64,000 bases of DNA, taken from the NCBI GenBank assembly GCA_964354135.1, contig CAYGZA010000004.1, forward strand, positions 1,078 to 65,077, in the 5' to 3' direction. The translations under genes were made by a program, and so were the position numbers. The notes beneath the pieces are model-generated. The model saw only the letters and a program-made list of their open reading frames with translations, ran no database searches and was not told the DNA's origin. Shown one piece after another: positions 8,505 through 15,860 of this stretch (the first letter of the stretch is position 1; every line of letters begins with the position of its first letter). The stretch is from an uncultured Planctomycetaceae bacterium (GTDB taxonomy: Bacteria; Planctomycetota; Planctomycetia; Pirellulales; Thermoguttaceae).

Positions 8505-8849
8505 TCAGCCTTGCGCAGGAGGTACAATCGCCTGGATCTCGGCAATCAAGGGAGGCAAATCTAACGTTGCCACGCCCCAAACGATGTCGAAGTCGACATG
8601 CAGGTAATCATGGACCACTCGGTGGCGCATCCCGATGATTGCGGTCCACGGAATCTCTGGGTGAGCCTGCTGGAACGGGAGGGAGACCTTGCGTGCCGCC
8701 TCACCGAGGGTTTGAACGAGGTGGACCAGAGCCAAGCGGAGGTTCTCGTCCCGGTCGAAATCGGCCTGAGTGATTCCCTCAACCTTCGCCGCAACCTTCT
8801 TGGCCAAGTCCAGCATGTGGCCAACGTAAACCAGATCATCCTTCTGCAT
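8505..8849 (-). CDS. hepT: HepT (DUF86, HEPN-domain) toxin of a type VII HepT-MntA toxin-antitoxin pair
   Basis: 114-aa ORF. The RX4HXY motif is present as RHRVVHDY. Its ATG overlaps the stop of the upstream nucleotidyltransferase gene by 14 nt. Confidence 0.85.
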   Translation of the reverse strand: MQKDDLVYVGHMLDLAKKVAAKVEGITQADFDRDENLRLALVHLVQTLGEAARKVSLPFQQAHPEIPWTAIIGMRHRVVHDYLHVDFDIVWGVATLDLPPLIAEIQAIVPPAQG

Positions 8850-9141
8850 ATTGGACCTCTGCAGTCGCGAGGATGCGGTCTCGCAGCCGGGGATTGAGGT
8901 ACTTCTGGTTCACCAGGTCCACCTTGCGCCCCCCCAGAATGGCCGATAGCTCCTGCTCGATGGCGATAATCCCCAAACCTAGAACGCACCCGGGCTGAAA
9001 CTCGATCAGCACATCCACGTCACTATCGGGGCGAAAATCGTCTCGCAGGACGGAACCGTACAGCGACAGCCGGCGGATGCGGTGCCGCTGGCAGAAGGCC
9101 GCCAGGGTTTCCTTGGGGATCTGAAGACTCACGTGCCGCAC
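8836..9141 (-). CDS. mntA: MntA minimal nucleotidyltransferase antitoxin
   Basis: The GSX10DXD motif is present as GSVLRDDFRPDSDVD. The long track ORF (to 9324) overlaps the neighbouring gene, so I trimmed it to GTG 9141. GTG 9132 is an alternative; the start is uncertain. Confidence 0.8.
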   Translation of the reverse strand: MRHVSLQIPKETLAAFCQRHRIRRLSLYGSVLRDDFRPDSDVDVLIEFQPGCVLGLGIIAIEQELSAILGGRKVDLVNQKYLNPRLRDRILATAEVQYAEG

Positions 9142-9181
9142 GGCGTCGCTTCCCGGGTTGGGGTCCGCTGCTGATCGCCCA

Positions 9182-9211
9182 ATTCTAGCCCAAGGGCGTC
9201 CCTGGGGACAA
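9182..9211 (-). promoter_or_regulatory. putative sigma70-like promoter TTGTCC-N18-TAGAAT for mntA-hepT
   Basis: On the minus strand the -35 is at 9211..9206 and the -10 at 9187..9182, about 40 nt upstream of GTG 9141. Same architecture as 12790..12818. Confidence 0.35.
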
Positions 9212-9320
9212 CTCCGCCAACTGGCAGTCCCGATGGGTTCGACTGAAGCAGTCGAAGACGGGCGGACTATCGTTCCACCCGGCAGTCTGCTTCGTGAGCC
9301 TGCTTCGTTCTTAACGCCCC

Positions 9321-12068
9321 TCACCCCGACCCTCTCCCGGAGGGAGAGGGAATCAGCGCTGTCCCGAAGGCCTCGTCGGACAGTCCATCGCCGATGAGGT
9401 AGATCGGCGTGCCGGTCGGGTTGAACTCGCGGGAGGATTGCGGCCGGCCCATCAGGTCCAAGAATTGCACCTTGGGGTCGTTCAGGCGGATGGGAGCAAC
9501 CTTCGTGCGGCCCGCGGCCCAGACGACGGCGATCAGCCGCCGGCCATCGCGGAAGCTATACGCCTGGACGCCCGGACCCAGCGGGAGCTTCTTGACGAAT
9601 TTCACACCGGGCGTGAGGAAGTGGGCCATCACGGCCTGGGCGGCGTAGATCTTACGCGGCTGGCCGCCGTACTTGTAGAAGACGCCCTCCAGGTTGTCGG
9701 CGTTGATCCCCGGGCAGGTGCCGGCGTGGTAGAAGACCTTGTCCACGCCGCCGGCCAAGGCAATGGCCGCCCAGCGGACGGCGTATTCGGCCTGAACCTG
9801 CTCGCTGGCCAGCGGCCGATCGAACCCGCTGTGGTGTATGGGAAGCGACGCCGGCTCATCGTCGGCGTAGTAGCCGTACTCGGTGAGCCAGATCGGCTTG
9901 CGTCCCCCGTGTTTTTCCATCAGGGCGTTGAGCTTGGCCAACAGGTCCCCCAAGAACTCCGGCGGACGGAGGCCTGGGTAATGGTGGATGTCCACGGCGT
10001 CGACGGCCTTCAGTCCGCCGGCGGCGAAGAACCGGTCGAAGTCCTCCAGGATCTGGCCGTCCTGGAGGTACCCGATGCCCGCCAGGACCCGGGCTTGCGG
10101 ATCGGCCCGGCGTGCCGCCTTGGCGAAGGCCACGGTGAGCCGGCCGTAGGCGGTCCCGTCGTAGCCGTGCTTGCGGGGCAGCGAATAATCGGTGAAGAGC
10201 GGCTCGTTGAAGACCTGCCACCAACGAATCCGGCCCTTGTAGTGGGCCACGGTTTTCTCGACGTAGTTCTCGAACTCGGCCGTCTCGCGCGGGGCATAGG
10301 CCGCGCGGGCCCGGTTTTGCGGATAGGGCCCTTCCGCGGCAACGCCCGCCGGGGCACTGCTCGACCAGTTGCTCGACGGGAACGGAAGAAGCCCCAGCAC
10401 CGAGAGCCCGTGCTTGCGGGGCCGGTCGATCTGGAGATCGGCCTCGGCGAACGTAAACCGCCCCTTCTCGGGCTCGACCTCCTGCCACTTGAGCGACCAG
10501 TCGCGGACCCAGACGAGCCCCGCCTGCCGCGACAGGTCCAGCAGGTGCGGCCAGGGGTACGCATGGTTGACGCCGAATCGCGATTCGTCCTGCCGGCAGA
10601 CCGGGATCGCGGCCAGGCGGAGCGACCGCTCTTGGGCCTCGCTGCCGGCGTTCAATCCGGCCACGAGCCGCAGGAAGCCCTGCCGCGTGGCGCTCGGCGG
10701 GAGCACCCGTGGAATGCGGATAACGTCGCCGGAGGGCACGGTGGCCTTGGACTCGTCGCTCCAGACTTCCCGCCCGAAGAAATCTTCCAGGCGGAGATGG
10801 ACCTTTACCTCCGCGGGGATGGTCGGATCGCTGTTGCCGAGAGAGACCGAGAAGCGGATCGGCTCGCTGCGATCGAAGACGTTGCCCGGCTTCTCGGTGG
10901 TAACGCCTAATTCGATCGGCGAGCGAGGCGCGAACTCGCCGGGCCGGTCGCCGCGCTCCAGTTGCACCGCGTCGAGCCACACCGTGGCGATTGGCGGCGG
11001 ATTCGGGTTGTCTTGGCCGGGGCACAAATCGGGGCCGGCAAGAACGTAGCACCAACGGACTTGCGCCGCAAACGACAGGCTGTACCGCTGCCACTCGGTC
11101 GACACTCCAACGAGCTTGCTCGCCGCGCCGCCCTGGAAATACCGCACGGCCAGCCGCGCCGGCGTCTCGGCCTTCATCGCCTTCATGGAGACCGAGAGCG
11201 TGTACCTCTTCCCAGGCTCCACTTCCACAAAACCGACGTTGGCGGCCAGCGGTGCCCGGACCGGCATGCGGTGAAGCTCGTAGTAGTCGAAGTAGGAGAC
11301 CGGCCGGCTTTCGGGCGAAAGCTCGATCTTCAGGCTCGCCCGGCCGTGGAACGCCTCGGTCCGATCGATCGTGCCGAAGAGGCGGTTGAGCGGGCCGCCC
11401 CAGTGCCTGGCGCGGTCCCACTCGGCGGAGCCCCAGCCGTCGGCGTCGCACTCGAAGCTCGCATTGGGGATCAGGTTTCTGCGGCCGGCCGCGGGGATGA
11501 CACGTCCCGGGCGGAAGGGGCTCTGCGACGGGTCCACCTCTGCGAACTCGAAGTCGTCCACCCAGAGCGTCCCCGTGGAGCTGAACCAGAGCTGGAAGCG
11601 GGTGGCCGCCGCACAATCCCGCGCGGCGCGGAAGATGAACTCGTAGCGCTCCCACCGGGCCGCCGGTGCGAACGAGTCCTCCAGCCCGCAGTTGGACCAG
11701 TTGGAAGTGTCCGAGAGGGCGATGGAGACCACGTCGCCGGCGATCTCTTCGGCCCGGGCCCAAAAGCGGACGCGATACGAGGCCCCTCTCCGCACCGGCA
11801 CGCCCATCTGGCAGAGCATGGCATGGGCGGCGGGCGTGCCGGCCTCAAACCGCGTGCAGCAGAGCCGCGCGCATCGCTTGCCGTCGCGGCCTTGGTCGAG
11901 GCTCAACTGCTGGGTCACGCGGCCCGGGTCGCCGGACGCCTGCCAAGCGTCGGGGACGCCGCTTTTCTGGCGGTTTTCCTCGAAGCTGGGGTTCCGCACC
12001 AGATTCGTCTGGCCCGGGGCCGGACCGGCCAGCCCCCAAACGGCCGCCGCAAGGATCCACGGTTTCAT
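9321..12068 (-). CDS. secreted clan GH-A (TIM-barrel) glycoside hydrolase with N-terminal CBM4/9-like repeats
   Basis: 915-aa ORF with ATG at 12068 (GGAGGAG upstream). Signal peptide MKPWILAAAVWGLAGPAPG. Two NPSFE / NASFE-led beta-sandwich modules. The C-terminal domain has WQVFNEP (acid/base NEP) and IWLTEYGY (nucleophile Glu). Confidence 0.8.
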   Translation of the reverse strand: MKPWILAAAVWGLAGPAPGQTNLVRNPSFEENRQKSGVPDAWQASGDPGRVTQQLSLDQGRDGKRCARLCCTRFEAGTPAAHAMLCQMGVPVRRGASYRVRFWARAEEIAGDVVSIALSDTSNWSNCGLEDSFAPAARWERYEFIFRAARDCAAATRFQLWFSSTGTLWVDDFEFAEVDPSQSPFRPGRVIPAAGRRNLIPNASFECDADGWGSAEWDRARHWGGPLNRLFGTIDRTEAFHGRASLKIELSPESRPVSYFDYYELHRMPVRAPLAANVGFVEVEPGKRYTLSVSMKAMKAETPARLAVRYFQGGAASKLVGVSTEWQRYSLSFAAQVRWCYVLAGPDLCPGQDNPNPPPIATVWLDAVQLERGDRPGEFAPRSPIELGVTTEKPGNVFDRSEPIRFSVSLGNSDPTIPAEVKVHLRLEDFFGREVWSDESKATVPSGDVIRIPRVLPPSATRQGFLRLVAGLNAGSEAQERSLRLAAIPVCRQDESRFGVNHAYPWPHLLDLSRQAGLVWVRDWSLKWQEVEPEKGRFTFAEADLQIDRPRKHGLSVLGLLPFPSSNWSSSAPAGVAAEGPYPQNRARAAYAPRETAEFENYVEKTVAHYKGRIRWWQVFNEPLFTDYSLPRKHGYDGTAYGRLTVAFAKAARRADPQARVLAGIGYLQDGQILEDFDRFFAAGGLKAVDAVDIHHYPGLRPPEFLGDLLAKLNALMEKHGGRKPIWLTEYGYYADDEPASLPIHHSGFDRPLASEQVQAEYAVRWAAIALAGGVDKVFYHAGTCPGINADNLEGVFYKYGGQPRKIYAAQAVMAHFLTPGVKFVKKLPLGPGVQAYSFRDGRRLIAVVWAAGRTKVAPIRLNDPKVQFLDLMGRPQSSREFNPTGTPIYLIGDGLSDEAFGTALIPSPSGRGSG
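9330..9350. terminator. perfect 9-bp GC hairpin (CCCTCTCCC-gga-GGGAGAGGG) overlapping the last codons of the hydrolase gene
   Basis: Stem 9330..9338 / 9342..9350. Same CTCTCCC/GGGAGAG family as 4469..4488. It encodes the C-terminal ...PSPSGRGSG. Confidence 0.4.
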
Positions 12069-12266
12069 GGGACGCTCCTCCCCGGATCAAGCCGCCGCCC
12101 CGCCCCACGATCATAGAGGAAACCGCGGCGGCGGGCAACCCGGCGAGGCCCCGCAAATGGCTGACACTGCTGGACTTACCGCCATGCCCGCGCGGGCAAG
12201 CTATATTCGATTGTGAGCTATACTTGATGGTGATCGGACAAGCCGCTTCCCGGCGCCGGAGGGATT

Positions 12267-12686
12267 ATGGTACGGTTGTTCACCCCGAACAAGAAGCATG
12301 AAGTGCGGGCTTTCATGCTCAAGATGCTCAACAACAACTGCCCTGAGCTGAAGGCCCTGATGGATGGCCCCCGCGAGGAGGCCCGCGTGAACCTGACCGT
12401 CGTGGTGCTGGTGATCCCGCTGCACAAGGACCGGCCCCTGGTGGAACGGATCTTCGCGGCCGTCAGCAAGGAGTTCACCACGCTGGGCGTTGCCCTGGTG
12501 CTCGACGAGCCAAGGGCGGTGGAGGAAGTGATCCTCGGCTTCCGCTGGGAAGGGAACATGCAGTTCGTCCGCGCCCGGGCCAGGCACCTCCATCCCCTGG
12601 GGGCGGGCTTCTATCAACTCGGGCTGCAAATGAAGGAAATGGTCCACGTCGCCGACTACCCCGCCCTCCAGTCGATCAGCTTCTGA
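12267..12686 (+). CDS. small cytoplasmic protein, possibly PilZ-like with degenerate motifs
   Basis: 139-aa ORF with ATG at 12267 (GGAGGG upstream). REEAR (RxxxR) is followed 26 residues later by EFTTLG, which only loosely resembles D/NxSxxG. Confidence 0.55.
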   Translation: MVRLFTPNKKHEVRAFMLKMLNNNCPELKALMDGPREEARVNLTVVVLVIPLHKDRPLVERIFAAVSKEFTTLGVALVLDEPRAVEEVILGFRWEGNMQFVRARARHLHPLGAGFYQLGLQMKEMVHVADYPALQSISF

Positions 12687-12789
12687 AAGAAACGGGGACG
12701 CGGCTAGGTTTGCGGATTCACATCCACCCCCTATGGTCTGCTGGGCCGACCTTCACGCCGCAGAATGTGCGTCAAACCCGGCCCTCGGA

Positions 12790-12818
12790 TTGTACCGCGG
12801 GGCAATAACGGGTAGAAT
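12790..12818 (+). promoter_or_regulatory. putative sigma70-like promoter TTGTAC-N17-TAGAAT; predicts a leaderless or near-leaderless mRNA
   Basis: -35 at 12790..12795 and -10 at 12813..12818. The ATG of the next ORF is at 12825, only 6 nt after the -10 hexamer. Confidence 0.4.
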
Positions 12819-12824
12819 AGGTCC

Positions 12825-13085
12825 ATGAGTCCCGAGCCTTCGAGTCTAAGCAGTTGGACGCCGGAAGAGGTGGCTTTGGGTCGCCGTTGGGTGCAGGCAT
12901 GGCGCGAGGCGGGGCAGGAAATGGAGCGCCTGCGGCGGGAGGAGCTGCGCTGCTTGGATGCCCAGCGCGCTATCGCGCTCTTGTGCGGCCCGGCGGACTA
13001 CCGAGTCCCGCCGCGGGCGCCGCGCCCCACTTCCGGGCTGGTGGAACAACAGCAATGGTTCAAGAAGGCCGCCCGCCGTGATTGA
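12825..13085 (+). CDS. small hypothetical protein, candidate antitoxin/partner of the downstream nucleotidyltransferase
   Basis: 86-aa ORF with a helical charged core (RRWVQAWREAGQEMERLRREELR). Its stop (13083..13085) overlaps the GTG (13078) of the next gene. Confidence 0.55.
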   Translation: MSPEPSSLSSWTPEEVALGRRWVQAWREAGQEMERLRREELRCLDAQRAIALLCGPADYRVPPRAPRPTSGLVEQQQWFKKAARRD

Positions 13086-13644
13086 GATCATCCGCGCCGC
13101 TGCGGACCTTCAGGCCCTCTGCGAATCCCAAGGCTGGCGGTTCTGCTTCATTGGCGGTCTGGCATTGCAGCGTTGGGGGGAACCGCGCGAGACCATCGAC
13201 GTTGACCTGACCTTGTGGACCGGTTTCGGCGGCGAGGAGCCCTATGTCCGCAAGCTGCTCGAGCACTTCGATGCCCGGATTGCAGACGCCGTCAACTTCG
13301 CCCTCACGCGGCGCGTGCTACTGGCGCGCGCCCGCTCCGGGGTCGGTTTGGACATCGCGCTGGGCGGATTGCGTTTCGAGGAGTTGGTTGTCGCACGGTC
13401 GAGTCTCTTCGCCTTTGGGCCGCATGCGCGGCTGCGCACTTGCTCGGCCGAGGATCTGATTGTGATGAAGGCCTTCGCGGCCCGCGTCAGAGATTGGCTA
13501 GACGTGGAAGGGATCATCATTCGCCAAACCGGCATGCTCGACTGGGCCCATATCCGCAGCCAACTGGAGCCACTCGCCGAACTCAAGGAAGCGCCCGAGA
13601 TCATGGGAGAGCTGGAGCGGCGGCGCGCGGAGTTCGAACAATAG
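13078..13644 (+). CDS. nucleotidyltransferase-fold protein (pol-beta-like NTase; AbiEii/MNT-like)
   Basis: I trimmed track ORF 12958..13644 to GTG 13078 (VIEIIRAAADL...). NTase signature GG-x13-DVD in FIGGLALQRWGEPRETIDVDL, followed by a helical C-terminal half. Confidence 0.65.
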   Translation: MIEIIRAAADLQALCESQGWRFCFIGGLALQRWGEPRETIDVDLTLWTGFGGEEPYVRKLLEHFDARIADAVNFALTRRVLLARARSGVGLDIALGGLRFEELVVARSSLFAFGPHARLRTCSAEDLIVMKAFAARVRDWLDVEGIIIRQTGMLDWAHIRSQLEPLAELKEAPEIMGELERRRAEFEQ

Positions 13645-13695
13645 CCCACTTCGGCCCCGTTTCAGGTCTTGCCGGCACGGCGCGGGCCGACTAAG

Positions 13696-13721
13696 CTCTA
13701 AGCCGTCGGCGGTCAGCTATC
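13696..13721. repeat. heptad array NN-TC(A/G)GC x4 (gTCGGCggTCAGCtaTCAGCtaTCAGC)
   Basis: 7-nt period at 13696, 13703, 13710 and 13717. Intergenic, about 60 nt upstream of ATG 13778. Confidence 0.7.
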
Positions 13722-13777
13722 AGCTATCAGCAACGCGATGGCTGATCGCCTGTGCTTGAGATGCCCGGAGAGGGATC

Positions 13778-15820
13778 ATGGTCCGGAAGCTGCTCGCTGT
13801 TGCCGTTGTCTTGACTGTCGCCGCCGGTGCGAGCGCGGAAGACCTCCGGGTGCTGCCCGAGAAGCTCGACGGCGTCGCGCCGAAAGCGATGGTGCACGAG
13901 TATCTGCTGCGGGCAGCCCGCCAGGCCCTCGACCGCCGCCAGGCCGAGTACGAGAAGACCAAGACGGCGGAGCAAGCCAGGGCCTACCAGGAGCGTTTGC
14001 GGCAGTTCTTCGCTGCCCAGCTCGGCGGCTTTCCCGAGCGGACGCCGCTTGCACCGCAGGTTGTCGGGAAGATCGAGCGCGACGGCTACCGCGTCGAGAA
14101 AGTGATCTTCCAGAGCCGGCCGCGGCACTACGTCACCGCCGCCATGTACCTTCCCGACGCGAAGCTGCCCTACCCCGGCGTGCTCGTTCCTTGCGGGCAC
14201 AGCGACAACGGGAAGGCCATGGACGCCTACCAGCGGGCGTGCATTCTCCTGGCGAAGAACGGCATGGCGGCGCTCTGCCATGACCCGATCGACCAGGGCG
14301 AGCGATTCCAGTTGCTCGACGAAAAGGGCGAACCGCTGGCCCGCGGGACGACGGCCCACTCTCTGGCCGGCGTGGGGAGCGCGCTTTTGGGCCGCAACAC
14401 CGCCACCTTCCGCGTGTGGGACGGGATGCGGGCGATCGACTATCTGGAGAGCCGGCCGGAGATCGACCCCAAGCGGATCGGCTGCACCGGCAATTCCGGC
14501 GGTGGGACGCTCACCAGCTATCTCATGGCCCTCGACGGGCGGATTCAGGCCGCCGCCCCGAGCTGCTACTTGACCAGCCTCCGCCGGCTGGTGGAGACGA
14601 TCGGGCCGCAGGACGCGGAGCAGAACATCCACGCCCAGATCGCCTTCGGGATGGACCATGCCGACTACGTGCTCATGCGGGCCCCGCAGCCGACGCTCCT
14701 GTGCGTGGCCACGCGAGACTACTTCGACATCGGCGGTGCGTGGGACAACTTCCGCCAGGCGAAGCGGTTCTACGGGCGGCTGGGATTTCCCGAGCGGGTC
14801 GAGCTGATCGAGACCGACGCCCAGCACGGCTTCTCCCCCGACCTCCGCGTGGGCGCGACCCGTTGGATGCGGCGATGGCTCCTCAAGACGGACGATGCGA
14901 TTACGGAGACACAGTCGCCGATCCTGGCGGATAAGGACTTCCAGTGTACTCCGGACGGGCAGGTAATGCGGCTCCCGGGGGCGCGGAGCGTCTACGACCT
15001 GAATCTCGACCTCGCCGGGCAACTGGCCGAGGCACGGAAGGAGTTCTGGCAGAAGAACAGCCGTGAAGCCGCGTTGGAAGAAGTCCGGCGGATTACGGGG
15101 ATCCGTCCGCCGAACGGCCCGGGCCAGCTCAAGTGGGAGCAGACCGGCACGCTCCAGCGAGAGGGCTGCCGCATCGACAAGGTTGTGCTCGGGCCGGAGC
15201 CGGGGATATGGCTGCCAGCCTTGGTGTTCGTGCCCCGAAAGCCCGGTCGGCAGGCCACGCTGTACCTTCACGAAGGCGGCAAAGACGTCGACGCCGCGCC
15301 AGGTGGTCCCATCGAGAAGCTGGTCCACGAGGGGCAAGTCGTCATGGCCGTCGATCTTCGAGGGATGGGTGAGACGCAGGCGGAGGGGAAGTCCGGCATC
15401 GGGGCGTATCTCGGCCCCGAATGGACCGACGCCTTCCTGGCCTACATGCTCGATACCTCCTACCTGGCAATGCGCACGAAAGACATCCTCTGCTCGGCGG
15501 AGTTCGTGGCACACTATCACGCGCCCGACAAGCCGCGGGAAGTACACCTCGTGTCGATCGGCCGGACCGGGCCGGCCGCCCTGCACGCCGTGGCGCTGGA
15601 GCCGGAGCGGTTCGCCTCAGTGACGCTGAGGAACTGCCTTCGCTCCTGGTCCGACGTGGTTCGTACGCCGCAGGCCAGGAACCAGTGGATCAACGTGGTC
15701 CACGGGGCCCTGCGGGTTTACGACCTGCCCGACCTTGTGGCCACGCTGCCCAAAGAGAAGGTCACCGTGATCGAGCCGCTGGACGCGACGGAACAGCCGG
15801 TCGGCGCAGAGGCGCGCTGA
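13778..15820 (+). CDS. secreted alpha/beta hydrolase (acetyl-xylan-esterase / dienelactone-hydrolase-like)
   Basis: 680-aa ORF with ATG at 13778 (GGAGAGGG upstream). Signal peptide MVRKLLAVAVVLTVAAGASA. Nucleophile elbow GNSGG in IGCTGNSGGGTL. Confidence 0.85.
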   Translation: MVRKLLAVAVVLTVAAGASAEDLRVLPEKLDGVAPKAMVHEYLLRAARQALDRRQAEYEKTKTAEQARAYQERLRQFFAAQLGGFPERTPLAPQVVGKIERDGYRVEKVIFQSRPRHYVTAAMYLPDAKLPYPGVLVPCGHSDNGKAMDAYQRACILLAKNGMAALCHDPIDQGERFQLLDEKGEPLARGTTAHSLAGVGSALLGRNTATFRVWDGMRAIDYLESRPEIDPKRIGCTGNSGGGTLTSYLMALDGRIQAAAPSCYLTSLRRLVETIGPQDAEQNIHAQIAFGMDHADYVLMRAPQPTLLCVATRDYFDIGGAWDNFRQAKRFYGRLGFPERVELIETDAQHGFSPDLRVGATRWMRRWLLKTDDAITETQSPILADKDFQCTPDGQVMRLPGARSVYDLNLDLAGQLAEARKEFWQKNSREAALEEVRRITGIRPPNGPGQLKWEQTGTLQREGCRIDKVVLGPEPGIWLPALVFVPRKPGRQATLYLHEGGKDVDAAPGGPIEKLVHEGQVVMAVDLRGMGETQAEGKSGIGAYLGPEWTDAFLAYMLDTSYLAMRTKDILCSAEFVAHYHAPDKPREVHLVSIGRTGPAALHAVALEPERFASVTLRNCLRSWSDVVRTPQARNQWINVVHGALRVYDLPDLVATLPKEKVTVIEPLDATEQPVGAEAR

Positions 15821-15860
15821 CCAGGCATTCCGACTCCGGCACGAGAGCGGAAGCATCCCC

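Noticed and set aside
12195-12230. Direct AGCTATA repeats and a TATACT hexamer as a promoter for 12267.
   Set aside because: No acceptable -35 element lies at 16-18 nt, so the evidence is too weak to call.
12201-12647. 148-aa minus-strand ORF opposite the PilZ-like gene.
   Set aside because: It has a His/Gln/Leu-rich odd composition and no Shine-Dalgarno sequence. The plus ORF has GGAGGG plus ATG and ordinary composition.
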